In this document: positions 35,101 through 46,460 of the stretch, piece by piece | Position numbering within the stretch: the stretch's first letter is position 1 | Layout: each line of letters starts with the position of its first letter | Notes under the pieces: model-generated | Told to the model about the DNA's origin: nothing | The model's input: only the letters and a program-made list of their open reading frames with translations | Database searches by the model: none | Assembly: GCA_012026655.1 (NCBI GenBank) | Contig: JAAILG010000010.1 | Span: 1 to 64,000, forward strand | Direction of reading: 5' to 3' | Source: Hydrolagus affinis | Taxonomy: Eukaryota | DNA: 64,000 bases | Made by a program: the position numbers and the translations under genes

Positions 35101-38100
35101 ATAATCTAATCCTGCAACTTTGGTGTCACCACATGTACTTTTACACATCTCTAGTGATTCATAAAATAAACAAATGTATTGAAGACTCTCTCAACAGCTC
35201 CATTTACAGACGGGAGTCAGGATTCAGTTCTGATTAACTTGATTCAAACGATCTTTGCCAGCAAGTTATTAAGTACAGGCAGCCTGGTCAGGAAACCTCT
35301 GACAGCAGTAACTCGCATTCCTGTGGGGAGGAGGAAGGCTCAGGCTGCTTCTATATACATAAGCTAAAACCACTATTAATTATAATACAACTTTCATATG
35401 AAGGTTCATTGTTTTGGAAGTTTTAAAAATAGAGTTTTCAAAACATTAACTGCACACCGTTGCAACAAATCATTACTTTAAAAAAAGTATAATTTCAATT
35501 ATTCATTTTTACCCTTAATTCTATTCGCTTTGCAGCTGAGCTTATTGGTGTCAGTGACTTGGGACATCCTCCTGACGTTCCTATTGATTTGCACTGTGGA
35601 CAATGGGTGCCAGATTGAAGGTAGCAAAGACTTTCATGATTTAGTAGTGAAGCTCGCCAGTAGAGGGTATTGAAGTACAGTACTTACTGAAATTGAAGTT
35701 CCTCCCTTGGACAAGCAAGGTTATCTAGTCATCTGGGGTACGTTTGAACCTGAAAATCAGCCAACATTGGGATTCAAACACAAACTGCCTGTCCATGATG
35801 CATTTAGGTTATTGTGTTTATTTGCACAAGCCTAGTCCTAGCTCTCCAAATCAGGCTTCATCAAAACCTGTATGCAATCTCTGGCAAGATGATTATTTTT
35901 TGTTATTTCAGACATAAATAAAATGGGTGGCTCAAGGCTCTTTTCTGAATCGCTTTCACTTCTTACTTTTGAAATTGATGGTCTCCCTTCCTTCAGTCAA
36001 CACTTTACAATGGCCAATTACCTAGACTGGGCGGGATGTGATGTTAGCCTGGATTTCCAACAGAAAGTCTGCAAGAATAAATGTCAGGATTCCTGACATT
36101 TTCTCTCTCCCAGTGTCTGCCAGGCTCCCTCACTGACTGCACACTCACCATCTCAAAGCTTTAATGTGACTGACCTTCAGTGTGGAATTTCAGTGTAGCC
36201 CAGGCCAGCACACAGTGCTTGGTCATGGATATCTCAGGGGTAATGACGTGCAGTACCAAGAAGCTGTTGAATGCAAATGAAGTGTTTGTAAATAGATTTA
36301 CAAAATGTTTGTTTTGAGAATCAGCTGGACGGGCCTAACGGCAGCAACAAAAGTGCCTAGCATAGGTCTTGAAGCACACAGCGCTTGGAAGAAGAATATT
36401 GTTTAATTTTAAAAGCAATTTCTCATAATCCTTCCAATAAAACCACTCAGTGGCAACATCATGGATCTTTACTTCCCATATGTCTGTGTGGCCAGAGTCC
36501 TGATTCCGGATCCATCTTGATCCCAAACTTTCACACAGTGCTCTTTCATCTGGAACAGGAGTAAATTAAAAACTCCCGAGAAAAGCCATGTCCGCATACG
36601 ATCACAAAAATTGTGACAAATGTACTAAAATAATACGTTGATTAGAAAAATAAGTTACCCATTTATAAAACATTTCTTCCCCCCCCCCCCCCACCCCTGG
36701 CTTTCTTTGAAATTGCATTCGTTAACTCCAGACATAACCCAGTCAGCTCATACAATAAATAATCTGCATGGGCGACTGGAAAACCTGCAATGCTTTAGGC
36801 TTTAAATCAAAGAAATTTTTAAAAATGATTGAATTTAGTGATTCAGAAATCAGTCTAGTTATGAAGCATTAGCTGGCAGTATTGCCTACTTTAATATAAA
36901 TGACAACAGGCTCCAAATGTTTCAGAACTTGGCAGTTATTAGTGCTCGGCACAAGTAAGGTGCATGTTATTTGATTTGAATAACAGCTCGAAGCTACATC
37001 CTGAGTCTTGCCATATATTAGTCAGAAACAATCTCATTTAATAACATGGGAACTAATAAAAGAAAAGTATACAGACTGATTCTAAATTTAATTTAGGAAT
37101 ATTGCTTGGTACGATTAATGAGCGAAAACTGGAAATGTTTGTCACCTTGTAACTAATGGCTGAACTCTGGCAGATTAGTCACTTTTTTCACTGGACTGGT
37201 TCCTGGAAAAACAAAGAAAGGTTTTGCTGCCTGAATTTATTGGTGCAACAGCTACTCAAATACTCACATCAGGATCAGTTAACCCAATAAAATAAGCGAA
37301 TAGTTATTACCAACATTGGATTCATATTGCAGAAAAAGAGCAATACAGGAGAACAGGTTGAACTATTCCAAATATATATTTTTTATTATTTGTACAAGTG
37401 AATTATGCTGATACATTGTCAGAGGGGCTTTCAACCAACATGGAAGTTAACATGCACTAGACTACATTTGGATAATACTTGCACTTGTGCTGTTGAAGGG
37501 GCTGGACCATAGCCAAAGTTGCTTCTTATATTTCCCACAACCCCTTCGGTGTCAGCATGGCTTAGTGCGTAGCTCTCCAAACTTGGAACTCACGTAGTCT
37601 AGGCTGACATCCCAGTACAGTACTGGTGGGTGTGCTGTATTTTCAGAGGTGTCATCTTTAGGATGAGACGTTAAACTGAACTCTCCTTTATGCCTGTCCT
37701 GTTGGATGTTAAAGATCCCGTGGAACTATTCGAATACCAAGAGGGAGTTTCTCTGTCATATCCCTGGCAGAGTATCAGGAGCTCCTCTCAGGAAGGAGAT
37801 GGATCTTGCATCCTTGATTTACAATGGCATCTTTTATTGACAATAAAACAATTAAATCATTAATGCCCCAACACTAAATTCTATTTCTGTTAGAACACCA
37901 TCTTCCATCACCTGCAGATAAAACATTTTCCATCCAATGCGAACCAAAATCACAACAGTGATCCTCCTTCCCTCTTGCAATGCCATCAGATCAGTTTCAA
38001 ACTTTATTTCCATTTGCTGAGAAAACAAACACACTATTATCTAGGATAGAGATTGGGAGCAAATTCTGTCTGGCCATTGGGAAGCAGCACACATGATCCA

Positions 38101-38443
38101 TGATAGATTAAGATGCAATTTCAGACCCATCTACCCTCTTTTCCCTAGATACACGTGGGGCCATCAAACCTCAGCGGCTTTGAGGAGGAAAGCATTTACA
38201 TTTCTGGACATGTTCAAAAATTCAATGATACTGGTGCCATCAGAAAAATTACTAGGTATACAATTTAACCACTCCTAGCATACTGGATCCTTTGCCTCCA
38301 CGCACCAAATTCGATGAACACAAATATGAACATGTTTCAGGATCCCCTCCTAACTTTGGCCAAAAGTACCACATGGTTCCTGCCTTGGGACGTCCTCCGG
38401 CGTGAAACGCCCTATACAAATGCAATTTTGTTGCTGTTCTGAG

Positions 38444-38801
38444 CAGTACTGGCGTAAGGGTATTTGGCACCCTAGGCGAGCCTTCAGATGTGCGCCCCCT
38501 AGTAATTTTTGATAAGCTAATGTTAATACTAAAAATTCATATATTTAATAATCAATTAAAGTAATGGTAATAGTTATACATTTATTTATGAAACATACTT
38601 CTGTTTTATTTAAGTATTAAGCACTCTCAGGTCAATTTACTGCTAAGTTGCTGGCATATAGTAGCCTACGCTACTATATGCCAGCAGACGACAGCAGTAA
38701 TTTTCATCGCGTGCAGCAAACCATACGTGCTCTGTAACCAGCCCCAAAATGTTGGCGCCATAAGCGACCGCCTAGTTCGCCTAAAGGTAGCGCAGGCCCT
38801 G
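38444..38801. mobile_element. Non-autonomous hAT-like DNA transposon
   Basis: Begins CAG, ends CTG; imperfect TIR (CAGTACTGGCGT / CAGGGCCTGCGC); 8-bp TSD gttctgag/attctgag; subterminal TAGGCG repeats. Confidence 0.7.
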
Positions 38802-38882
38802 ATTCTGAGGTGGACAACAGATGTGGACGTTAAAGATTCCATGGCACTATTCAGAATGAGAAGGGAGTTTCTACCAGTGTCT

Positions 38883-39179
38883 TAATAGTAATAATCCTTG
38901 CATTTGATATAGCGCTTTTCATATCCGCCAGATGTCTCAAAGCGCATTACAGAATATACTGTAAAGTGAATTGACTGCATATATGTGGGCGAAACGTGGT
39001 AGCCAATTGGCCAGCAGTATTCCACAAACAGTAGTGGATTGAAATGAACAATTTTTAAATAGATTATTATTAGGTGAGTGGAGTAAAGGAAACTTGTGCA
39101 AGTTTTCACCCTGCCTGGAATTGAACCCAGGTCTCTCGCTTGTAAGGCGAGTGCTCTAACCACTGAGCTACAGGACTCC
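38883..39179 (-). mobile_element. Full-length tRNA-derived DeuSINE-like SINE
   Basis: Head, core and tail intact; tRNA-Val(TAC)-like head cgccttacaagcg. Confidence 0.85.
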
Positions 39180-42100
39180 ACAGTCTTGGCCAACAATTTC
39201 ACAAATAAAACCGGTCGTTATGTCGTCTGTCTGTGGGACATTAAAAATTAGCTGTTGTGTCAATCAAAATGTGAGACCTCGTCAATTGTGCTCTGCATTA
39301 GACTAATGCAATTTTTAAAAATGGAATACCATGCTAATAAAAATTGGAAATTCACCCTGTCCTATTTGCTAATGTTGGTATCCAACGCAAAAGTACAGGA
39401 AACAAAAGTGAGCATCTGCGAGGAACGATAGTATCCTCTCCACTTCCATTTTGATGCATGGAAGGCCAGTAGCTGCAGTATTCGGCTTCAGGCTCTAGAG
39501 GGTGTTATAGTCTTATAACTGCTCAATAGAATATATATATACTGTACTATAGTTTCTCCAACTCAAACGATATAACAGTGTCCATATGGCAAGATACAAT
39601 GATGGTCACAAGAATGAGGCTCCATAATCAATATGCCCCAAATTAAAAGCAAAACGTGGTCTGATTTCGACTCGTCAGAAGTTGTATTAATTATGGGTTT
39701 GCCTGTACGCAGGATGGAGATGGGGACAGGCATTAGGCTGGTCTGTCTGCCTTCAGAGACATGAAATGTTAAAATGCCATAAACTTGATACCGACTTATA
39801 ATAGAAAATCACAGATATAAGCTTAATAAAAAACACATTTGAAATGGATTCCTTGGAGTCCCTAATATTATGGGTACATAGCAGTAGTTGGTTTTCTACC
39901 ATAGGAGAATCTATTTTACAAATATTACATTCCATGTTTTCCACTACTTATAGATACACATTCATTTTTGATGTAAATGTTTGATGTTAGGCATTCCATT
40001 TATGAATAAAAAAGGGTCTGAGATGGTCTGGACTGCATTATGTTACAGTTTTCACAAAGGACATCTGTGGACATTCAGGGCTGATTTACTGCACATTTCA
40101 CGAGACAGTCAAAGAGACTGTCAATCACTATTTATTGGGGGGGGGGGTGGAGAGAGAGAAGGGAAGAGAGGAACAGATTTTTTCTCGCAAGATGGATTCA
40201 AACACTTACAGACATATGCAGATGAATCCTTCAGAGCCATCTTCAAAAATAATGTGTTATAATTTGGTTCTTAAGTAAGGTACTAGGTCAATCCACAATG
40301 CAATTTTGGATGGTAGATTACATTTGGTAATAAATTTCCTCATCAAATAAGGTTAGCAAAGATTTGTTAATGCAATTATTAAAGGAAGCAAACACTCCTT
40401 CAGTTATCTTAATAGATTTCACACAATATGGTTACTTAGATTAACACTGCAAAGGGTAGAGATGATAGTGTTACCAAAGCTAATATTTGGTAAGTGATTG
40501 TTCTCCATAATCCATTTCCTTAAAGCTAAGACATAGTTTTGATTTATGTGTCTGCAGGAACGTACAAAAGGAATAAGTCAGACTTTGGGTAGTGTTATTG
40601 GAATAACTCTTGCCCCTTAATTGATTGCTGAGGTTTCCATTTCATATGCCTGCTGTTTTGATCAGAAACATACCATGGAAAGGTCACTGAAATCCACCAC
40701 CCGGCACATCTTTTCTACTCCAACCAAAGAGTTTTATCCCATTTAAGAAAGCATTTGGACAGTTCAAATATGAAACTGTGGCAAGGTGCTAATCTGTATG
40801 TAAGCGGTTTAATACACATTTTAACCGAGCTTAAATGACTTACATATTTTTAGCCAGAATTAATAATTGCTATCATTTTGCTGTCTTTGTGAATGTGAAA
40901 TCAACCAGAATGAGCTAATTTTGCTGTGGGAAAAGCATTTGACAGCTTTCTCCAGTTTGTGCAGCCAAGTGAATGGGAAGTCCTGAGGGAATTCAAAATC
41001 AAAGACATCCTTTTAGCTGAACTGTTAAATTAAATGAAAGCAGTAGAAGGCAATTTACCAGCTTTTGAGACTATGTACAAATGTTTATCACTGAAACTGA
41101 GATCCTCAAGCTTTCAACCTTTTTAATGCCAGTGGGATTGTGCTGCAGTTGGTAACTTGGCAGGTTCTTAACTGGTGCGCAGTGCTTTAAAAATTAAAAA
41201 GACAAAGTAAACTGCTATACATTGTAATGTTTTCGAAAACACAACAGAAATGTTAACATTCACACATTAGATTTCCATTTCAGCATTGAAAGCCAATTAC
41301 TGTGGAGAGTAATATACTGTAGGGGGCAGTAGTGTTGCATTTAAAAAAAAGCTTCTCAGCGAGCTTTTTTTGTGTGAAATCATGAAGAATGCAGTAGTGG
41401 TATTGCTTCTCTGTGTAAACAAATCTTATTATTCTAATTTTGCATGGTTGCCTATAAACCAATGATTCAAATGTATTTTTGAGTATTCATTACCCACTGC
41501 ACAACCATCTGGTTCCTGGGCAAGTGAGGAAGATTAGAATTTAGACAAGGGCATGAATTTTCTGGAGCAGAATTTCAAATTAATGATGGGTGATTAGGAA
41601 CCACAAAAGTGAGCAAATTGTTGGACGTAGGTGCGTCAACAAATCAAGTTGCTGTTTCTTAAATTATTTATGGCGATTGTACTGGAATGGAAGTCGGAGC
41701 CTTAGTAACAGTAATGGTGGAAGTCAGGAGGGGCAGCATTGGGAAGCATAACAATGGCAATGTGGAAGGAAGCATTGACACAGTGAATATATATGTAATA
41801 CATATACACACACACACAACAGAGTTGGGGGACATGCCAAATGTTACAATGGTCTGATCTGATCAGAATTAAACATCTTTCCAGTTCACTACAGTTGAAA
41901 ACATTTTGTTTGAATTCTGCATCTGTTATAATCTGTTAGTTTGTTTTTAGGCTGTAAATGAGGAATGTGAAATACTTCAAATATCCCACTGAAAACATTC
42001 CTACGACAGAATAAAATGGGACAGTTACAATGCTCTGAAAGTCAATTCACTTTACAGTATATTCTGCAAAGCACTGTGAGAGCGTCTCAAAGACATGATA

Positions 42101-42550
42101 AGGCGCTACATCAAATGCAAGGATTATTATCGTTATTATCTAGCACTGGACTGTGTTTGTTGTCAAGATTTTGATATCAGTGTTTTTATGGACATTTTCC
42201 CCCAATTGGTACAATGTATATTCACAATCCTTGAATAAACAGCACAGTACATAGGTTGTCACGTGAAATGCATGTCTTACAAGAAGCAAGATTATAACAT
42301 TTACAAATGAGAGGGAGTAAAGTCTGTGAGTACAAAAACCTAAAAGACAAAAGGGGAGTGATAGGAGTAATCAATTAGCTCCGGGTGGGTGGGGTAGACA
42401 GCAACAACAAAATTATATTTATAGAGCACCTTTCACGTCGGGAGGTACAGGGAGGGAGGGGATAAAACACTGAGATGTGCCCTCTCATAGGGATATGACA
42501 GCACTATGGCATCTTCACGTGCCTAACTATGTCTTATACCTCAAGAATAG

Positions 42551-42890
42551 GGAGCTCCTGTGGCTCAGTGGTTAGAGCACTTGTCTTGCAAGCTGGGCAA
42601 ACCAAGCTGGGGAGACCTGTGTTCGAATCCAGGCAGGTCAGGGCGAAACCTTGGGCAAGTTTCCTTACTCCACACACCTAATAATAATCCCTCCAAAAAA
42701 ACACAATAATAAAATTAGTCATTTCAATCCACGACTGTATGTGGGACACTGCTGTGCGCAATTGGCTGCCGCGATTCGCCCACAAATATATACAGTCAAT
42801 TCACTTTACAGTATATTCTGTGAAGCGCTTTGGGACGTTGATAAAATGTGGAAAGCGCCATATCAAATGCAAGGATTATTATTATTATTA
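42551..42890 (+). mobile_element. Full-length tRNA-derived DeuSINE-like SINE
   Basis: gtggctcagtggttagagcac (A box)...gttcgaatcc (B box), core tgtgggacactgctgtgcgcaattggctgccgcg, tail caaatgcaaggattattatta. Confidence 0.85.
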
Positions 42891-45800
42891 ATAGAAATTG
42901 GTGATTCTAGACAAGAATTTCCCATTCGGGCTGTCATGTGGCAGCGAGGAGAGCAGGAAGAGTAAGGAAGAGAGCATCAGAAGCTGTGCAACCCCTCATC
43001 GCTCCGGCACGTTGTCTCTTATCAATACAAATCAGCATTGCTAATGGCTTAGGGGACTGCTCCACTGGTCAACAACAACAAAACTACATTTGTAGACAAC
43101 CAAAGGATGACAATCACTTTTTAAAATGGGGCAGTGAGGAAAGAAGATAACTGATTTCCGCTTACAAAATATGTGGTTAATGTAAAAAGTCGGAAGTAAC
43201 TAAACAGTAGCATTCAGAAAAGCGAGCGAGTAGAGACAGGAAATGGATTTCATTTGTTTTCTGATGGGAGCTGCCCTCTGATGTGCGGTACAAGGAAAAC
43301 CCACAAAAGAGTTTGCATATACATTGTTTTATTTGAAAAACACACCAAGGAGAGAAAGGCTGAAAGAATAAGGAACAACGCAGTGTTTCGGGAAGCTTTT
43401 TAAATTGAGCCCTTCCCCTTTTGTGATGCAAGGACAGCGAAAACATTTCCCACTTGACTGCCTTGATGAAACTGGAACTTGGTATCATTCTCTCTGCTTC
43501 ACTCTATTGTTCCAGTTTGTTCAGAAACAAACTGTTCATTTCCTTCTGACATCTTCTTAGCATGCAAAGTATATACAGATACTGGAAACAATTTGCTATT
43601 TATTGTGTTGCTGTTTGGTTCTTTCACCGCACAGCCTCCTGCAGGAGCATCTGCACTACTGAGTTCTCTATGATTGCCATCCCCAATGCTATGTGAACCA
43701 TACCCTGGATGATGCACAACTTCAAATACATTCTCTTTGCTACAGAACACTTTGTTTCAGTCTGGCTGAAGCTCACAAAACTCATCCAAAACAAGGCTAA
43801 TGTTTTCAAGTAACAGACTGGCTTGAAACTTTTGTTTAGGGGTTGAGCAGTAACCAGTTGAGCTAATGGACCACCCTGCAACTCATTTTCAAACAGTATA
43901 AAAATGCTGAACAATCTCTGCACTACAGAAACAGAACACATAGAATATTGACTTAATAACAGCAATCCCTCTAAAGTTGGTTAACCACTTTCCTCTCCGG
44001 AGATTAATTCCATTGCGAGTTTCCAATACATAAATTTTACAGATTTTATTGCCCTTGCCTGACATTACCCAGTATAATTCATATAATCCATTTAAGAACA
44101 AACTGATGGATACGTTTCTATTCACAAGTAATCGGTACCCTGACTAAAATAAAACGGCAGCCCAAGGTGGCATAAATCCCACACTGAACAGGTAAACGCC
44201 CTAGTACCACACTAGGCAGGTACATTACCTGATAATACTTAAAACACTGGACAAATAAGAACATAAGACGTTAGAGACAGAAGCCCCATGTCAGGAATAT
44301 GAAGTCAGTCTAGGCTGATCATCCAAAGCGATGGTGGAGATATGCTGTCACTGCATTGCTTGAGGTGCCATCCTTCAAATGAGACGTTAAAGTGAGGTTC
44401 CATCTGCTTGTTCAGGTGGGCATAAAAGACATAAAGGATCCCTTGGCTCTACTCAAAAAGATATACAAAAATGCTATCCCTACACTTTATCCTGTGAAGT
44501 GCTTTGAGGTATCCTCCTGAAGTGACCACGGAACTATAATACCTCAAAACAGTCCTAGAATTGAACCTGTGACCTTCTGGCCTGCGTAGCACAGTGGTCC
44601 ACTGCACAATTGCCTTTACTGTACTTAAAGAGTAATTATGGAAGCTTTTAAATACAAAGTTATAATAATAAGAATCCTTGCATTAGATCTTAATCTCTTC
44701 TACTGTCTCACATCACCGGGACTGTACATCACCAGGACTGTTTGACTTTAAAGGAAAGCCTCACCTTTTGTTGTGGTTTGAAAGGATTGTAGTTTGTGTC
44801 CAATAATTATAGAAATTACACAGCAACAATGAGAATTTTGAAGTTCCATCCGCAGCAATGTAAACGAATGAAGTAAAATGGTCATGTGGAGAATTGTTTT
44901 AAAATCTAGTAGATAGATACACATCGTATATAATAGGAAACAATTCATAATTATTTGCATTTGTAAACCCTTTGAAAATACGATATTAGATGTTACATAT
45001 TTCAGAGTAGGCGGTCTCTGATTATTGAACTAATATGATAATTGCAAATTGTATTGCTGTTAATTACATGCTAATTGATACAGTGGACAGATGCTATTTG
45101 ACAGATAGTGTTTGTTGCAGACTCTTGCAATTACAAATGAAAACAGTCATTCCTGGTCCAGAGCATACAACAGGAACTTCCTGTTCCCAGTTAAATGACC
45201 ACATATTGCAGGAAATGCTACAGCTTTGACTCAGTTGTTTAAAAATCTTGGAGATCTGTGTACAATTATTTGTTATAGCATTGCTCAGTTGGACACAAAG
45301 AAAATCTGACAATAATAATAAAAGGACTTTCAGATCTCAACAATCACCATTAAAGTGGAGCTTTTCTTTTAAGGCTATTGACTTCCTGTTGATCCTTGGA
45401 ACTATTTTTTGACAGCAAAATAGGATTCTATTAAATGATTTGGTGGAGACGTATTTATAGGGGATGTATGATCATCAGTGCATAATAAGGTAAGGTTCTG
45501 GGTAATTTATCTCGGAGGTCCAGCACCGTGAACACAAACTCGTCAAGTTCCTTAGTGCCTATTGTTTGCATTCAAAGGAAAACTACTTGTCTTTCACATT
45601 TGCTGCATGAGGAAATCATTTTCCTTGCAATGTGGGGCCCAATTTAACTGAGATGCTCACTTCTCTTCCAAATCCACAACAATTCTGAATTGATAATTGG
45701 CTGTGTATCAATTCTATTTTTTTGTTACCACATCAATATTATTCTCAGTGTAATTTATGTTCTCTGGTAGCAAATGGAACACTTGGATTTGTTGCTGATA

Positions 45801-46159
45801 CAAACATTTCAAAAAAAAAAGTGGGGACGTTTCACAACATTGTTAACTATTTCCATACTTCTGGATATCATGTGTTTGTCAGTAAGTGGATATAATGTTT
45901 TCATTCTGTCATCCTGTTCAATTGATTTATTTTCTATTGTTGATATCGTAAAGCTGTTGGATCTTATGCTGAATAAAGAGTGTCACCCTGGCTTAGTTGG
46001 TAGCAATTCTCGCCTCTGAGTCAGCAGAATGTTGGTTCAGGCACTCCCCTGGGAGTTTGAACTTGTGTTCCGTAGGCTGACACTCCAATGCATAGATGGA
46101 GTGCACGGCAAATATTAAACCGAGATCCCGTCTGCCTGAACTGGTCAGAACTGTCTTGT

Positions 46160-46460
46160 CTCTAGAATCATACGGCACAAAAGGAGGCCATTCGGCCCAT
46201 CTAGTCTGTGCCAGTTCTTTGAACAGAGCAACTCAATCCCACTGCCCAGCTCTCTCCCCATAACCTAAAAGACCTGCTCTTCCTAAATAAAGATCTAGTT
46301 CCCTTTTAAAAGCTGTTATGGAATATGCCTCCACCACCTTTTCAGGCAATGCATTCCAGATTCGAACAACCCGCTGAGTGAAAAAATTTCTTCTCAGTTC
46401 CCCTCTGCTTCGTTTTGAAACTATTTTAAATCTGTGACGAGTCACTGATCCGCCCACCAG
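46160..46460 (-). mobile_element. CR1 LINE 3' end with ORF2 C-terminus
   Basis: RHRFKIVSKRSRGELRRNFFTQRVVRIWNALPEKVVEAYSITAFKRELDLYL followed by CR1 3'UTR (gatgggccgaatggcctcct). Confidence 0.85.

Larger units (their letters stand above)
29780..44849 (-). pseudogene. Putative decayed multi-exon gene (unitary pseudogene or derived spliced lncRNA), identity unknown
   Basis: Exon-like blocks at 44765-44849, 43166-43917, ~37764-38016, 37146-37202, 36149-36549, 35513-35749, 34464-34616, 32604-33090 and ~29780-30500; most have a pyrimidine tract + AG and a GT donor; phase-1 joins; frames broken by few stops. Confidence 0.5.

Noticed and set aside
38882-39202. Similar short ORFs recurring across the window (ESCSSVVRALALQ..., IHFTVYSVKRFETS...)
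   Set aside because: Translations of SINE copies, not a gene family
43499-43891. Selenoprotein reading of the multiple in-frame TGA codons
   Set aside because: No SECIS or redox-motif context seen, and neighbouring blocks contain TAA/TAG and frameshifts; decay is simpler
45094-45312. 72-aa minus ORF as a further exon of the decayed gene
   Set aside because: No convincing acceptor/donor pair; left out of the model
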